The notes under the pieces were generated by a model that saw only the letters and a program-made list of their open reading frames with translations, ran no database searches and was not told the origin of the DNA. Position numbers and translations under genes: made by a program. DNA of 32,000 bases from Photobacterium carnosum (lineage in GTDB: Bacteria > Pseudomonadota > Gammaproteobacteria > Enterobacterales > Vibrionaceae), in contig NZ_NPIB01000002.1 in the NCBI RefSeq assembly GCF_002849605.1, positions 54,520-86,519 of the forward strand. Direction: 5' to 3'. Positions 1 to 8,639 of this stretch are shown here, piece by piece. Position 1 is the stretch's first letter, and each line of letters starts with the position of its first letter.

Positions 1-2
1 GT

Positions 3-1028
3 GGCTTTGACTTTTTCTTGGTCTCCCCACAAACGGGAAGAATTATTGCAACAAAAAATAGTGAAATTGATAGTATTATTTTAAAAACCAAGCGTCATGA
101 TGCAGCGAAAAAGTTACGAATATCTGATTTTTACGAACATAAAAAAGGAATGGTCACCGCAAAGTTACAAGTAGATGCCCTTTTGAATGATCTTGACAAG
201 ATTCTCAAACAAAACCACCCGTTATTAAAAGAATATGGATTAGCTCGCCTATATACCAAAGAAGTAACTGACCTCGAAATCTATATTTCTAAATACGTAG
301 TGACTAATGATGATGCTGCAATTATTTCATCGCGTGATTTAACTGATTTTAATGAAACTAAAACTGGTTGTGAGGAATTAATACGTGACTGGTGGAACGC
401 ATTTAGCGTTATAAGAAGTGATGCTGAAAAGATACTGTTAACTGATTTTAATGATCTTAACAATAACCTTGATACGTTAATTGTTAAAATCCGTTCAGGA
501 GATTGTGACAGATCCGATTTAACTAATCTTCATGATAAATACAGCATTATCGAAGGCTATCTAAAAAATGATGAATATCTATCATCGCTATTTAAACAGA
601 ATCGTTTTAAGTGGGACACTGCTTACACCGAGGCATACAGGCTACTTAACCCTATATGGGCTTCTAGTGAATCAATCGAGACTAATCGTGGCGTTAGTAT
701 CAATACATTTAAACGTACGCACAGAGTGACACGGAGCCATAACGCTACAGTCCTCAAGATGATTCGTGTTGAGCAAAATAAAATCAGAGCACTGTGTAAC
801 GCTATTGATGATAGCAAGACAACTGCAAGCAAGCTAAAAGGAATCAGATTAAATTTAAATGGTATATTTGGTCAGTTTAAGATCAGTGTTAAATCTCTTA
901 ATAAGGAACATTTAAACACCACGAGTAAGAGGGTTATCGATAAGGTTGTAAACGAGACTACAACTAAATGTCTAAATGCGAGACAATCTTGTAATGACAG
1001 AATTGAGAACCATAACCAACCTGTTTAA
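3..1028 (+). CDS. hypothetical protein, 5'-truncated by window edge
   Basis: The frame is open from the left edge, with no in-frame stop upstream of the tracked start at 18. The product is helical and N/K/D-rich. It is followed by a hairpin at 1089-1121. No recognisable motif. Confidence 0.6.
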   Translation, partial: GFDFFLVSPQTGRIIATKNSEIDSIILKTKRHDAAKKLRISDFYEHKKGMVTAKLQVDALLNDLDKILKQNHPLLKEYGLARLYTKEVTDLEIYISKYVVTNDDAAIISSRDLTDFNETKTGCEELIRDWWNAFSVIRSDAEKILLTDFNDLNNNLDTLIVKIRSGDCDRSDLTNLHDKYSIIEGYLKNDEYLSSLFKQNRFKWDTAYTEAYRLLNPIWASSESIETNRGVSINTFKRTHRVTRSHNATVLKMIRVEQNKIRALCNAIDDSKTTASKLKGIRLNLNGIFGQFKISVKSLNKEHLNTTSKRVIDKVVNETTTKCLNARQSCNDRIENHNQPV

Positions 1029-1364
1029 TTCACCATCATGTAAGAAAAAACTCAAGACGAGAATTCTTCATAAAAAGTGATATAAAAACGGCATAGGTCG
1101 AAGATTGGAAAGCCTATGCCGTTAGTGTTATAGCGCTCAATAGAGATATGAGTTCTGTTAACATCACTATCCTACCAATAAAAATTACATTCAAACAGTA
1201 ATATTTTATATCGTAAGTTGATTACAAAAATAACATAACAAAAAAACCTCATTTCAGCGATAAAACATAAATACCGATCAATTCTCAGCCAATTAAAACC
1301 AATATACGTATAGAATAACGTTATACGTTGAAATCGTAGTATATTTACAACTACAATTACAGGC

Positions 1365-1811
1365 ATGGTGATATTTATGATGAATAACAACAGTGATGAT
1401 GACGACTTGCTTAGTGCTTTAACTATTACGTATAGAGAATCATTAAACGATATTATTTCTCAAAAAGGTATTCACTTTATAGTTCAAAACCTCAGTCCTA
1501 AATATACATTTAATTCTGAGTATGATTTGTGGACTGTTCTCGATACCCATTTTGATAATTATCAAGAGAAAAATATAGATGATGAGTTGTTTCTAACGTT
1601 AATAACGTTTAAAGAAGATAAACACGATATTATGTTTATGCTTGGCTTTTCTTCATGTTATCCCCGTCTCACAATGATGCTTAATGTTAAGCAGATGCAA
1701 GATTACTTGGCCACTGTTAACTACAAACTACCTATTAACGCGAAGCTCATATCTGGTCATGCTGGTTTAGTTCGGTTCGCTGATTTGAAGTTAGGTTTAA
1801 AAGACCAATAA
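1365..1811 (+). CDS. small acidic hypothetical protein (148 aa)
   Basis: Intact ORF with a poly-Asp stretch near the N-terminus (SDDDD). It is the first of a co-oriented run of small ORFs. No known motif. Confidence 0.55.
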   Translation: MVIFMMNNNSDDDDLLSALTITYRESLNDIISQKGIHFIVQNLSPKYTFNSEYDLWTVLDTHFDNYQEKNIDDELFLTLITFKEDKHDIMFMLGFSSCYPRLTMMLNVKQMQDYLATVNYKLPINAKLISGHAGLVRFADLKLGLKDQ

Positions 1812-1837
1812 AATAGTAACGCAACTACGATTGATTT

Positions 1838-2374
1838 ATGGAGATTTGTAACATCATGTTTAGAAATGAAAATATCGGGATGTCACAAAAAGCGGTTCTA
1901 ATGTTTACAGATAAAGAGTCCCCTTATCCGCACCCGCTAGATGTGCTAAATCATCTACTTGTATCAGCTCAAGAGGAATTTATTTTATGTGTTGACCAAT
2001 CTACTGAAACTTCTGAGTTAGAAAACCTACTTAGAACGGCTTCGGCAGAAATGGTTCAATACTATAATCCAGGCACCTCTTTTTCAATCGCTCCTATTGA
2101 TCTCTCACTTTGTATGAGTGATGCGCGTAAAGATGCCATTAAGTTCTTAAACGACGACCAAGTTAAACTTAATTGTGCATTAGGAAGAATTGAAGAATAC
2201 AAGACTTTATTCAAAACTCTTGAGTTTTCTAAGCCATATTTAATTGCACTTGTACCTATCGAAAATAACAAACAAATTCCGCCAATAGTGATCGGCGCTT
2301 TTGTCTGTGAATATGATGCTTATCAAAATCTACATTCGATGCTAGGCCAAGATGAAAAACACACGATACATTAA
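1838..2374 (+). CDS. hypothetical protein (178 aa)
   Basis: Intact ORF 27 nt after the previous gene. A strong hairpin terminator follows. Alternative internal ATG starts are possible. Confidence 0.6.
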   Translation: MEICNIMFRNENIGMSQKAVLMFTDKESPYPHPLDVLNHLLVSAQEEFILCVDQSTETSELENLLRTASAEMVQYYNPGTSFSIAPIDLSLCMSDARKDAIKFLNDDQVKLNCALGRIEEYKTLFKTLEFSKPYLIALVPIENNKQIPPIVIGAFVCEYDAYQNLHSMLGQDEKHTIH

Positions 2375-2391
2375 GTGGTAACGCCAATCAT

Positions 2392-2448
2392 CCCCTGTAA
2401 AGGATAAAATTTAGTTTATCCTTTACAGGGGGGTGAATCGGTTTTTTT
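2392..2448 (+). terminator. hairpin terminator
   Basis: Perfect 17-bp stem (cccctgtaaaggataaa 2392-2408 pairs with tttatcctttacagggg 2415-2431) and a 6-nt loop. A T7 run lies at 2442-2448, about 10 nt downstream. Confidence 0.6.
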
Positions 2449-2543
2449 AGTAAGTTAACAACAATAATATTTATCAATCATAGCGGCTTGCGCGTATTAA
2501 TTCCCATGCGAAAATATTTGCACACGAATACATTTAAATTAAA

Positions 2544-3014
2544 TTGGACACTAAAATGGGAAGCAAACCTGAATTTCTTATTCATATTTTTGAAAAAGAT
2601 GCTTTAACAATCTCAATACTGAAAGAGCTATTAAATCATCACTTAGTCCCTGCCCTTGGGGATGTGAGCGCAGTTTTAGATTTTACTGATGAATTTATTA
2701 CTCATATTAAAAACGTTTCAGGGGTGGCTGATTTAGTGATCAATCTAGCCATGATCGATGTTGATGCGTTTTTAGATTTCGCCAAAAATGATTTTGAAAA
2801 CGGGCATGATAACCTAGATAAAGAACAAGCATTACTTGTTGATAATTTGAAGAAAAAACTAGATTCAATCGGTTTGGCTCATGCCTCTCTTTATATAGTA
2901 AGTATAGATAACCTCGGTATTCAAAGTGCAATGCTTGGTGAGTATGAAGCTGTATGTCAGGCATCAAGTATTTTTATGAAAAAGGTATCAACTATTATTA
3001 TTGATAGCCATTAA
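2544..3014 (+). CDS. small strongly acidic hypothetical protein (156 aa)
   Basis: Intact ORF. The tracked start is TTG, and the ATG at 2556 (MGSKPEF) is at least as plausible. By my count it has about 25 D+E against about 12 K and no R. Confidence 0.6.
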   Translation: MDTKMGSKPEFLIHIFEKDALTISILKELLNHHLVPALGDVSAVLDFTDEFITHIKNVSGVADLVINLAMIDVDAFLDFAKNDFENGHDNLDKEQALLVDNLKKKLDSIGLAHASLYIVSIDNLGIQSAMLGEYEAVCQASSIFMKKVSTIIIDSH

Positions 3015-3119
3015 GCCAACTCCATTAGCTCATTTGAAAGATTTATACCGCTTTTAAATGAGCCTTGATTAAACAATATATAAATAATTGTACAAGTTAC
3101 ATATAAGGATTATCAATAA

Positions 3120-3365
3120 ATGGGAAATATCGCTGCAATTTCAGACGCAAAAGAACTGCATGATTTAATTGGTCATATCGCAATGAATGCGGGCTTTCTC
3201 CCCTCTCAAGCAGAATTACAATTGATTCGTGGAGAATTGAAATGTGGTCTTTCAGGGTGGTTTGTGCGCATAAGTTATGGCGATCAATCATTCGGAAATA
3301 TTTTATTGAGTGACGAGCTTAAGGATATGATCAAAGGTAAGGCTGAAAAAAGAAAATCCCACTAA
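3120..3365 (+). CDS. small protein, paralogue A of a duplicated cassette (81 aa)
   Basis: Aligns without gaps to the 3599-3853 product (SQAELQLIRGE..G..VRISYGDQSFGNI vs SQADLKLIVGE..G..LQVSYNNETLSNI). The two share a 5' leader, acaYataaggWatt. A hairpin follows. Confidence 0.65.
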   Translation: MGNIAAISDAKELHDLIGHIAMNAGFLPSQAELQLIRGELKCGLSGWFVRISYGDQSFGNILLSDELKDMIKGKAEKRKSH

Positions 3366-3375
3366 TTATATTTAT

Positions 3376-3410
3376 GGTAAGCCTGTTTACCTAATAGGCT
3401 TACCATTTCC
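3376..3410 (+). terminator. hairpin terminator
   Basis: 9-bp stem (ggtaagcct 3376-3384 pairs with aggcttacc 3396-3404), followed by a short, weak T-containing stretch (atttcc). Confidence 0.45.
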
Positions 3411-3598
3411 TCCTGTCGATATCTAATTTTGTCGTAATAGCCTTACAACACCTTATGATTAGTGATCAACTTAGTACATTAATCACGTCAACCACCCCCC
3501 GTTAAATTTTTTCTCTAATTATTAAAAAAAAACAATACAGTGCGGCAAAGAACATGTAGGTTCAGCCAAAACCTACACATAAGGTATTGAAACAAAAA

Positions 3599-3853
3599 AT
3601 GAAGAATGAAAGTGTAATCTCTAATATCGAAGACTTGATGGCATCTGTGAAATACGTAACGATGAAGGATGGCTTGATGACTTCTCAGGCCGATCTGAAG
3701 CTGATCGTCGGTGAGGATAAAGCTGGAGAACTCAACGGCTACCTGCAGGTGAGTTATAATAATGAAACACTCTCAAATATTAAAATTTCGGATAGAGTGC
3801 TTGAATGTTTAGTGCAGACAAAAGCTAAGATTGTTAGACGGTCATTTAATTAA
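3599..3853 (+). CDS. small protein, paralogue B of a duplicated cassette
   Basis: The ORF track starts at TTG 3587. The ATG at 3599 aligns residue-for-residue with the start of paralogue A and keeps the same taagg leader spacing. Confidence 0.6.
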   Translation: MKNESVISNIEDLMASVKYVTMKDGLMTSQADLKLIVGEDKAGELNGYLQVSYNNETLSNIKISDRVLECLVQTKAKIVRRSFN

Positions 3854-4123
3854 GCGATAACATCTTGTTTAGCACTCATTGAGACGATGCTGCAAAGATA
3901 CTGGTGGCATTTTTATTGGTTAGTGCGACGATGGTGTGCAAGTTCATTCCAAGGTGCCTCTACGGGCTGGACAGGTGTTGTTATGCAAGAACTTGTGTGA
4001 CGTTATTCAATATATTGACTGATGGTTAACAGGCGCACGTAATTATTGTATGTAGCTTACGATTATGTTTGTCGCGTCAGAATAAAACATACAAGCGAAA
4101 GAATTTAGGCTTAATCTAAATAT

Positions 4124-4144
4124 GGATGCTGGTGAACAGCATCC
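4124..4144. terminator. short hairpin downstream of the 526-aa gene
   Basis: Stem ggatgctg 4124-4131 pairs with cagcatcc 4137-4144, with a 5-nt loop. It lies 8 nt beyond the stop of the minus-strand ORF, and a weak U-tract follows on the minus strand. Confidence 0.4.
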
Positions 4145-4151
4145 AACTAAA

Positions 4152-5732
4152 CTAAAAATATAACTTGCTGCACTCTGTTTTAGTTTTTAAATTGTTGGGA
4201 AATCGTGGAATAACACCTAATAAATTCAAAATGTCGGGTAGATTGTATTTTTCTCTCTCGTGATCAGTTAATGGTCGTCCGTAATTGCGATCATCTAAAC
4301 TAATGGCTTTAGATATAGGTACGTCAAAAAAATCTAGTTTGTTAGTTGGAATGTGAAATTTATATCCCTGAAAATCAATCAAGTAGACATCATAATAATC
4401 GGCAGCAATAACGCGTATGAAAAAATCATTAGGGAAATGGTAATAAGGCGTTAAATCTGTTTTGTATAATTTCAGTTCGTCTGTGAAAAAATTTATCACT
4501 TTATCGATGTTATCAAACACTTGATTTTCAATTTCATATTGGCTGAAAAACTGGCTAAATCGGTCGATAATCGGTGCGTCACACTGATTATCCTCATCGG
4601 AAACTAAACATGCAATCGTATTAAAAATATATTCTAGTTCAGTAATACAATCATCATCGAGGGTAAAATCACAAAAAAATGGATTATCAAACTGTTCCTT
4701 TGATATCACTTTAGCCAGTTTTAACTTTATAGCCTCTTTAATTATGTGATGCTTTATCTTGTACAGCACTTCTTTATCTTTATATGTTAGACCTTCTTTT
4801 ATATGTCGATTAAATAATGATAAATAATACGGATAATTAACATTAAAAATATCAGACTCCAATTTCTCAGGCAAAAAGCCATTGTTATTTTTTCGGAGTT
4901 GATGATCTTCTGTTATTTTTACAAGTGCCAGATTTGTTGCGACAGTATCATTATAAGATTGTTGGTCAACAATTTGAGAGTGAGATATTACTGTCTCCAC
5001 ATTACCACTTATACAATTTCTACGCATAAAATCAAAAAAAGCGGGGATACGGGCGTTATCAGCAGCTTCTAAATTAGCCTTTAAAGATATACTGGGATCA
5101 AGTGATAATTGTAGGTGTTGAGCTTTGGGGGTTGAGTTAACGTATAACATCATACCCTTATTAGAACTTAGATTAATATCATCAAGTCTGCGTCCAAAAA
5201 TAGCTGCTAACTGAATGTGAAAATCAATAGATATTAGGTAATTAAAATCTTCAGCTATATCATTGAAAACAAGTTGAGGTATATCTTTTCTGTGAGCGAG
5301 ATTCTGGTGAGTAAGTGTGTTGAATAAATTGTTTATTAAGCTGTATTCCATTCCGTCAAAAAAGTTACCATTAACAGCATAAAAGTTTTTTTTTGCCAAT
5401 CTTTTAGCGGAACGTTTTTCTTCTTTAGCTTTAGCTCTCGCTATCTGTTTGGTAGCAAATTTTTCAGCGTCAACTATCTCCCACCCAATTAGGATCTTGG
5501 TAAGAACAAGTCCAGCATATTCCGAGACTATTGAATGTAGGTTATTCTTATTCTTCTTAGTTAAAACAAAACCTGAAGATAGCCCCATCACTAATTTTGG
5601 ATGCTTATCCATCAATAGACAGACATATTTAGCATAACTGGACAATAATGTTGATAATTGAGGTTTATCAAAAGTATTAATTGCGGCAAGGATATCTAAC
5701 CGGCGTTGTTTCTTTAAATCCACAATGGTCAA
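4152..5732 (-). CDS. large hypothetical protein (526 aa) bordering the repeat island; possible replication or partition factor (speculative)
   Basis: Long intact ORF with a TTG start preceded by GAGGA 8 nt upstream. It is basic at residues ~95-115 (KQIARAKAKEEKRSAKRLAKK). No NTPase or other motif recognised. It is transcribed away from the 1.7-kb gene-free island. Confidence 0.75.
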   Translation of the reverse strand: MTIVDLKKQRRLDILAAINTFDKPQLSTLLSSYAKYVCLLMDKHPKLVMGLSSGFVLTKKNKNNLHSIVSEYAGLVLTKILIGWEIVDAEKFATKQIARAKAKEEKRSAKRLAKKNFYAVNGNFFDGMEYSLINNLFNTLTHQNLAHRKDIPQLVFNDIAEDFNYLISIDFHIQLAAIFGRRLDDINLSSNKGMMLYVNSTPKAQHLQLSLDPSISLKANLEAADNARIPAFFDFMRRNCISGNVETVISHSQIVDQQSYNDTVATNLALVKITEDHQLRKNNNGFLPEKLESDIFNVNYPYYLSLFNRHIKEGLTYKDKEVLYKIKHHIIKEAIKLKLAKVISKEQFDNPFFCDFTLDDDCITELEYIFNTIACLVSDEDNQCDAPIIDRFSQFFSQYEIENQVFDNIDKVINFFTDELKLYKTDLTPYYHFPNDFFIRVIAADYYDVYLIDFQGYKFHIPTNKLDFFDVPISKAISLDDRNYGRPLTDHEREKYNLPDILNLLGVIPRFPNNLKTKTECSKLYF

Positions 5733-6455
5733 AATTAAATTCCTCGATGATTAATATAAATATTGGTATAGCATTGCCATACAACGTAATTTACAAACGC
5801 ATTACTATAAAGTATAGCCGCAATTACTGAATTGGCATCGAACGGAATAAATGAATAAAATGTAATTAACCATTCACTTGTTTGGTAAATTATCGGGGTA
5901 AACATCGATCTTCATTGAATAAATATGTAATTATGCTGGTGGTCAAAGGTTAAGTGACAATTTGATATTGTTCGCCATATTCGTTGAGTGGAAATTAAAT
6001 AAATGGATTATGGCTTACTAATTATCATGTTGTTGAGTTCTTATTTACATCCTATAAGAAATGGTGAAAGCCCATAACCAACAACGCACAAGGTGTCCTA
6101 TTTTTTTACTAATTCTGTTACCTCTATACTTACGGTGCTGATTATTAGGTAACAAATTAAAAAGTTAACCGTTTGATTTATATTAATAATCGCTTTTTGG
6201 TCTGCCCTATATTCAAAAAAAACATAAAATAAATTCATAAAAAATAAAAATTACCAACTTTTCAGCTCATCAACTGTTCTTTAATGTTTGAGTTGAACCG
6301 TTTTAACTTGTAATGGTAATGAATGGTTATTGCTGCTTCATTGCGTAATAACCATTTATTGCATGTACTTTTCAATAATATTCAGAGCAATAAAAAGCTG
6401 CTATTAAATTTAAAATCTAGCTAAAGTTATGCGTAATAATTATTACCATTAAAGC

Positions 6456-6972
6456 GTTACGGTGTCACCCTTATTCCCTATCGCCCACCTAGTTACAGTG
6501 TCACAATATAACGCCTCCCTCCCTATAGTTACAGCGTCACGTAATCAATGAAATCACCCATAACTATGGTTGCTAAACAAGCTTTATTAAGTAAAAACAC
6601 TCAAATTAAAAGTATCGCTCAATATTTAATCATGGTGGTTCAATGAATTAGAGTTCATCGAACCACCATGATTAAATAATGTACTAAAACAGGTCATATA
6701 TAGTACAAGTTACGGTGTCACCAGTATAATGAAGAATACTAGCCTCGTGTAGTTTTGGTGGCGCCACTTTAGTACCGGTTACTTTGGGTTGCTAATTTTC
6801 AATGCACGTTGAGTTCTCGTGTAATTTTCAATGCTAACAACCATAAAGAGGATTAATTCTCTTGTATGGGATATTTATTAGTCCATCCAGCAAAGTTACT
6901 CTGTTAAATATTTTATTACATCGTGACACTGTAACGTTAAGTGTCACCGTTTCAATTCAGTGACACGGTAAC
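6456..6972. repeat. array of 13-bp motif GTTAC(R)G(Y)GTCAC (iteron, centromere or Ter-like)
   Basis: Direct copies lie at 6456-6468, 6492-6504, 6528-6540 (36-bp phasing) and 6709-6721. Inverted copies lie at 6923-6935 and 6960-6972. A 12-nt variant in direct orientation lies at 6936-6947. I did not see the motif elsewhere in the window. Confidence 0.85.
6623..6678. repeat. perfect inverted repeat or hairpin, 19-bp arms
   Basis: tatttaatcatggtggttc (6623-6641) is the exact reverse complement of gaaccaccatgattaaata (6660-6678). The 18-nt spacer contains its own atgaa/ttcat mini-palindrome. Confidence 0.85.
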
Positions 6973-7451
6973 ACTTTAATGAAATGTAATTTCGGCTGCG
7001 GTTATTGGATAGATTTTAAATTTAGTACACGCAAAATAACGCCGCTAAATCTTTTTTAAAAGTGATAACAATATATCGCTAGTATGCCAAGATAGCATAT
7101 AGTGTTCATGCTTTATCTGTAGCTACTGTTTAAAATGGAGATGTGGGTATCGTTGATTGGATTAATTCGTACAGGTACTTTTTGCTTAGTTTTGATACTT
7201 TTTAAAATAGCCGTAGTACCATTACCGAAGCAAGGTGAAATCGCTCGCAGTGGCACGTTCTATCTGTGATGTAATAATGAGTACAAGATCAATTATAAAT
7301 AGGGATTAATTTAAAAATTACTCATAACTACCAGTAAAAATATAATTCAGGCAATGAATATTAATTCACTGTTAGTTAACGTATCTTCGGGAATATACCA
7401 AATATAAGTGAATAAAGTGCGATTTTATATTCACTTTTAAGTTATGTCGGT

Positions 7452-8093
7452 GTGTTAACTATTGCAGATAATTGTGAGATTAAAATTTTGTACTACAATA
7501 ACCATCCCCCTACATACAAGCAAAAAATATACGCGATGCGTATTTATAATGATTTAAATTTGATGATTCCTGTCGATGATATTTTAACATCATTAGAGAC
7601 AGCTCAAGATTTTATCAAGAAGCACTCCCCTTTCCATACTGTTTATCGGCGCCTAACGAACATCGTCAAAGCAGAATTTAAAGACGAATTATGTGAGGTT
7701 GAACTTGTTGAGTATGGTGAATACATCGATTGCCACCGTAACTTATCAATTACGGAAGTTATGGAGCATCTTCGTATCAATAAGACAGAATATTTAGATA
7801 GTATTGCTGCACATAAGGCATATATATTTAAATTAGCTCAAAGTAACTCAATGAGTGATTTTGATAATTATCAACTGGAAGACCTTGAATCTTGGAAACA
7901 ATTTAAAACAATTCATTTTTTTTATGATCTGTTACGTTTGAATTTAAACTACACAATCAACGATGCGATAAAACAATACGTTTGGCAATATGCCATTTAT
8001 ATCAATGGCACAATTAACTTCAATAATCACCGCATCTTTATGAATAACTTGCTATTATCTGAAAATTTAACGGCTATTTATGGTGATAGTTGA
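7452..8093 (+). CDS. hypothetical protein (213 aa) downstream of the repeat island
   Basis: Intact ORF with a GTG start, followed by a good terminator at 8160-8188. No recognised motif. Its position makes it a candidate binder of the 13-mers, which is speculative. Confidence 0.55.
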   Translation: MLTIADNCEIKILYYNNHPPTYKQKIYAMRIYNDLNLMIPVDDILTSLETAQDFIKKHSPFHTVYRRLTNIVKAEFKDELCEVELVEYGEYIDCHRNLSITEVMEHLRINKTEYLDSIAAHKAYIFKLAQSNSMSDFDNYQLEDLESWKQFKTIHFFYDLLRLNLNYTINDAIKQYVWQYAIYINGTINFNNHRIFMNNLLLSENLTAIYGDS

Positions 8094-8159
8094 TCATCGT
8101 AACCAGATAAAATTTAAAAAGGTGGGCATCGGTCCAAGCCATTGCGCTTCGTGGTGCTA

Positions 8160-8188
8160 ACAAGGGGAGCTATGCTCTCCTTGTTTTT
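8160..8188 (+). terminator. rho-independent terminator
   Basis: 11-bp stem (acaaggggagc pairs with gctctccttgt, one G-U pair), 3-nt loop, then TTTTT. Confidence 0.7.
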
Positions 8189-8236
8189 ATGTGCTATTTT
8201 GTCCTCAAATGGTCTTGATACGAAGAGATAATTACG

Positions 8237-8629
8237 ATGCAGCCACAGTCACTCGTTACACTAACAAAGACAAGGTTAAACAAAGCCAGAACCGCAAGAG
8301 GTGCATTCACCAACGCTCAAATAGCTGTATTTTTTGACGATGAGGTAATTGGCAACCCTATGCCATCTGGTTGGTTATCAACCGTGGAAGGGCGGCAAGT
8401 GCCTTTAAGCGACTTTATTACCTTTGTGGAGCTTGGGTGCAACCTTGATTATATCGATAAAATCAATAATAGTGGCTACATAACGGGGTATACGCTCATA
8501 CCGAAAGTTGAAGGTTTTTCAAAACTGAAAACTCTATCTCAGAACATCAAGAGGCTTGAGGAGACGCGTGGCAATTCAGGTAACTTGAGAGATCTAGCAG
8601 AGGCTCACTGGGGATTAAAAATCTCATAG
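8237..8629 (+). CDS. hypothetical protein (130 aa) in a GC-richer patch
   Basis: Intact ATG ORF. Its base composition is visibly less AT-rich than its neighbours. No confident family. Confidence 0.5.
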   Translation: MQPQSLVTLTKTRLNKARTARGAFTNAQIAVFFDDEVIGNPMPSGWLSTVEGRQVPLSDFITFVELGCNLDYIDKINNSGYITGYTLIPKVEGFSKLKTLSQNIKRLEETRGNSGNLRDLAEAHWGLKIS

Positions 8630-8639
8630 TGAATTAAAT

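Noticed and set aside
281-832. Minus-strand ORFs 281-463 and 623-832
   Set aside because: They are antisense to the longer, edge-truncated plus-strand ORF. Their products are hydrophobic or low-complexity, as is typical of antisense frames.
1172-1390. 72-aa minus-strand ORF in the 1029-1364 intergenic region
   Set aside because: Its F/I/L/N-rich composition is what AT-rich non-coding DNA translates to. It overlaps the start of the 148-aa gene and is more likely promoter DNA.
3854-4123. GC-richer 270-bp non-coding stretch with a 33-codon Cys-rich ORF (from ATG at about 3931)
   Set aside because: It has no RBS and no convincing hairpin set or repeat. The evidence is too weak to call either an sRNA or a peptide gene.
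6456-6563. 36-bp periodic repeats as a possible mini-CRISPR array
   Set aside because: The repeat core is only 13 bp. There are only three phased copies, the 'spacers' are 23 bp and C-rich, and no cas genes are present. Additional copies occur in inverted orientation.
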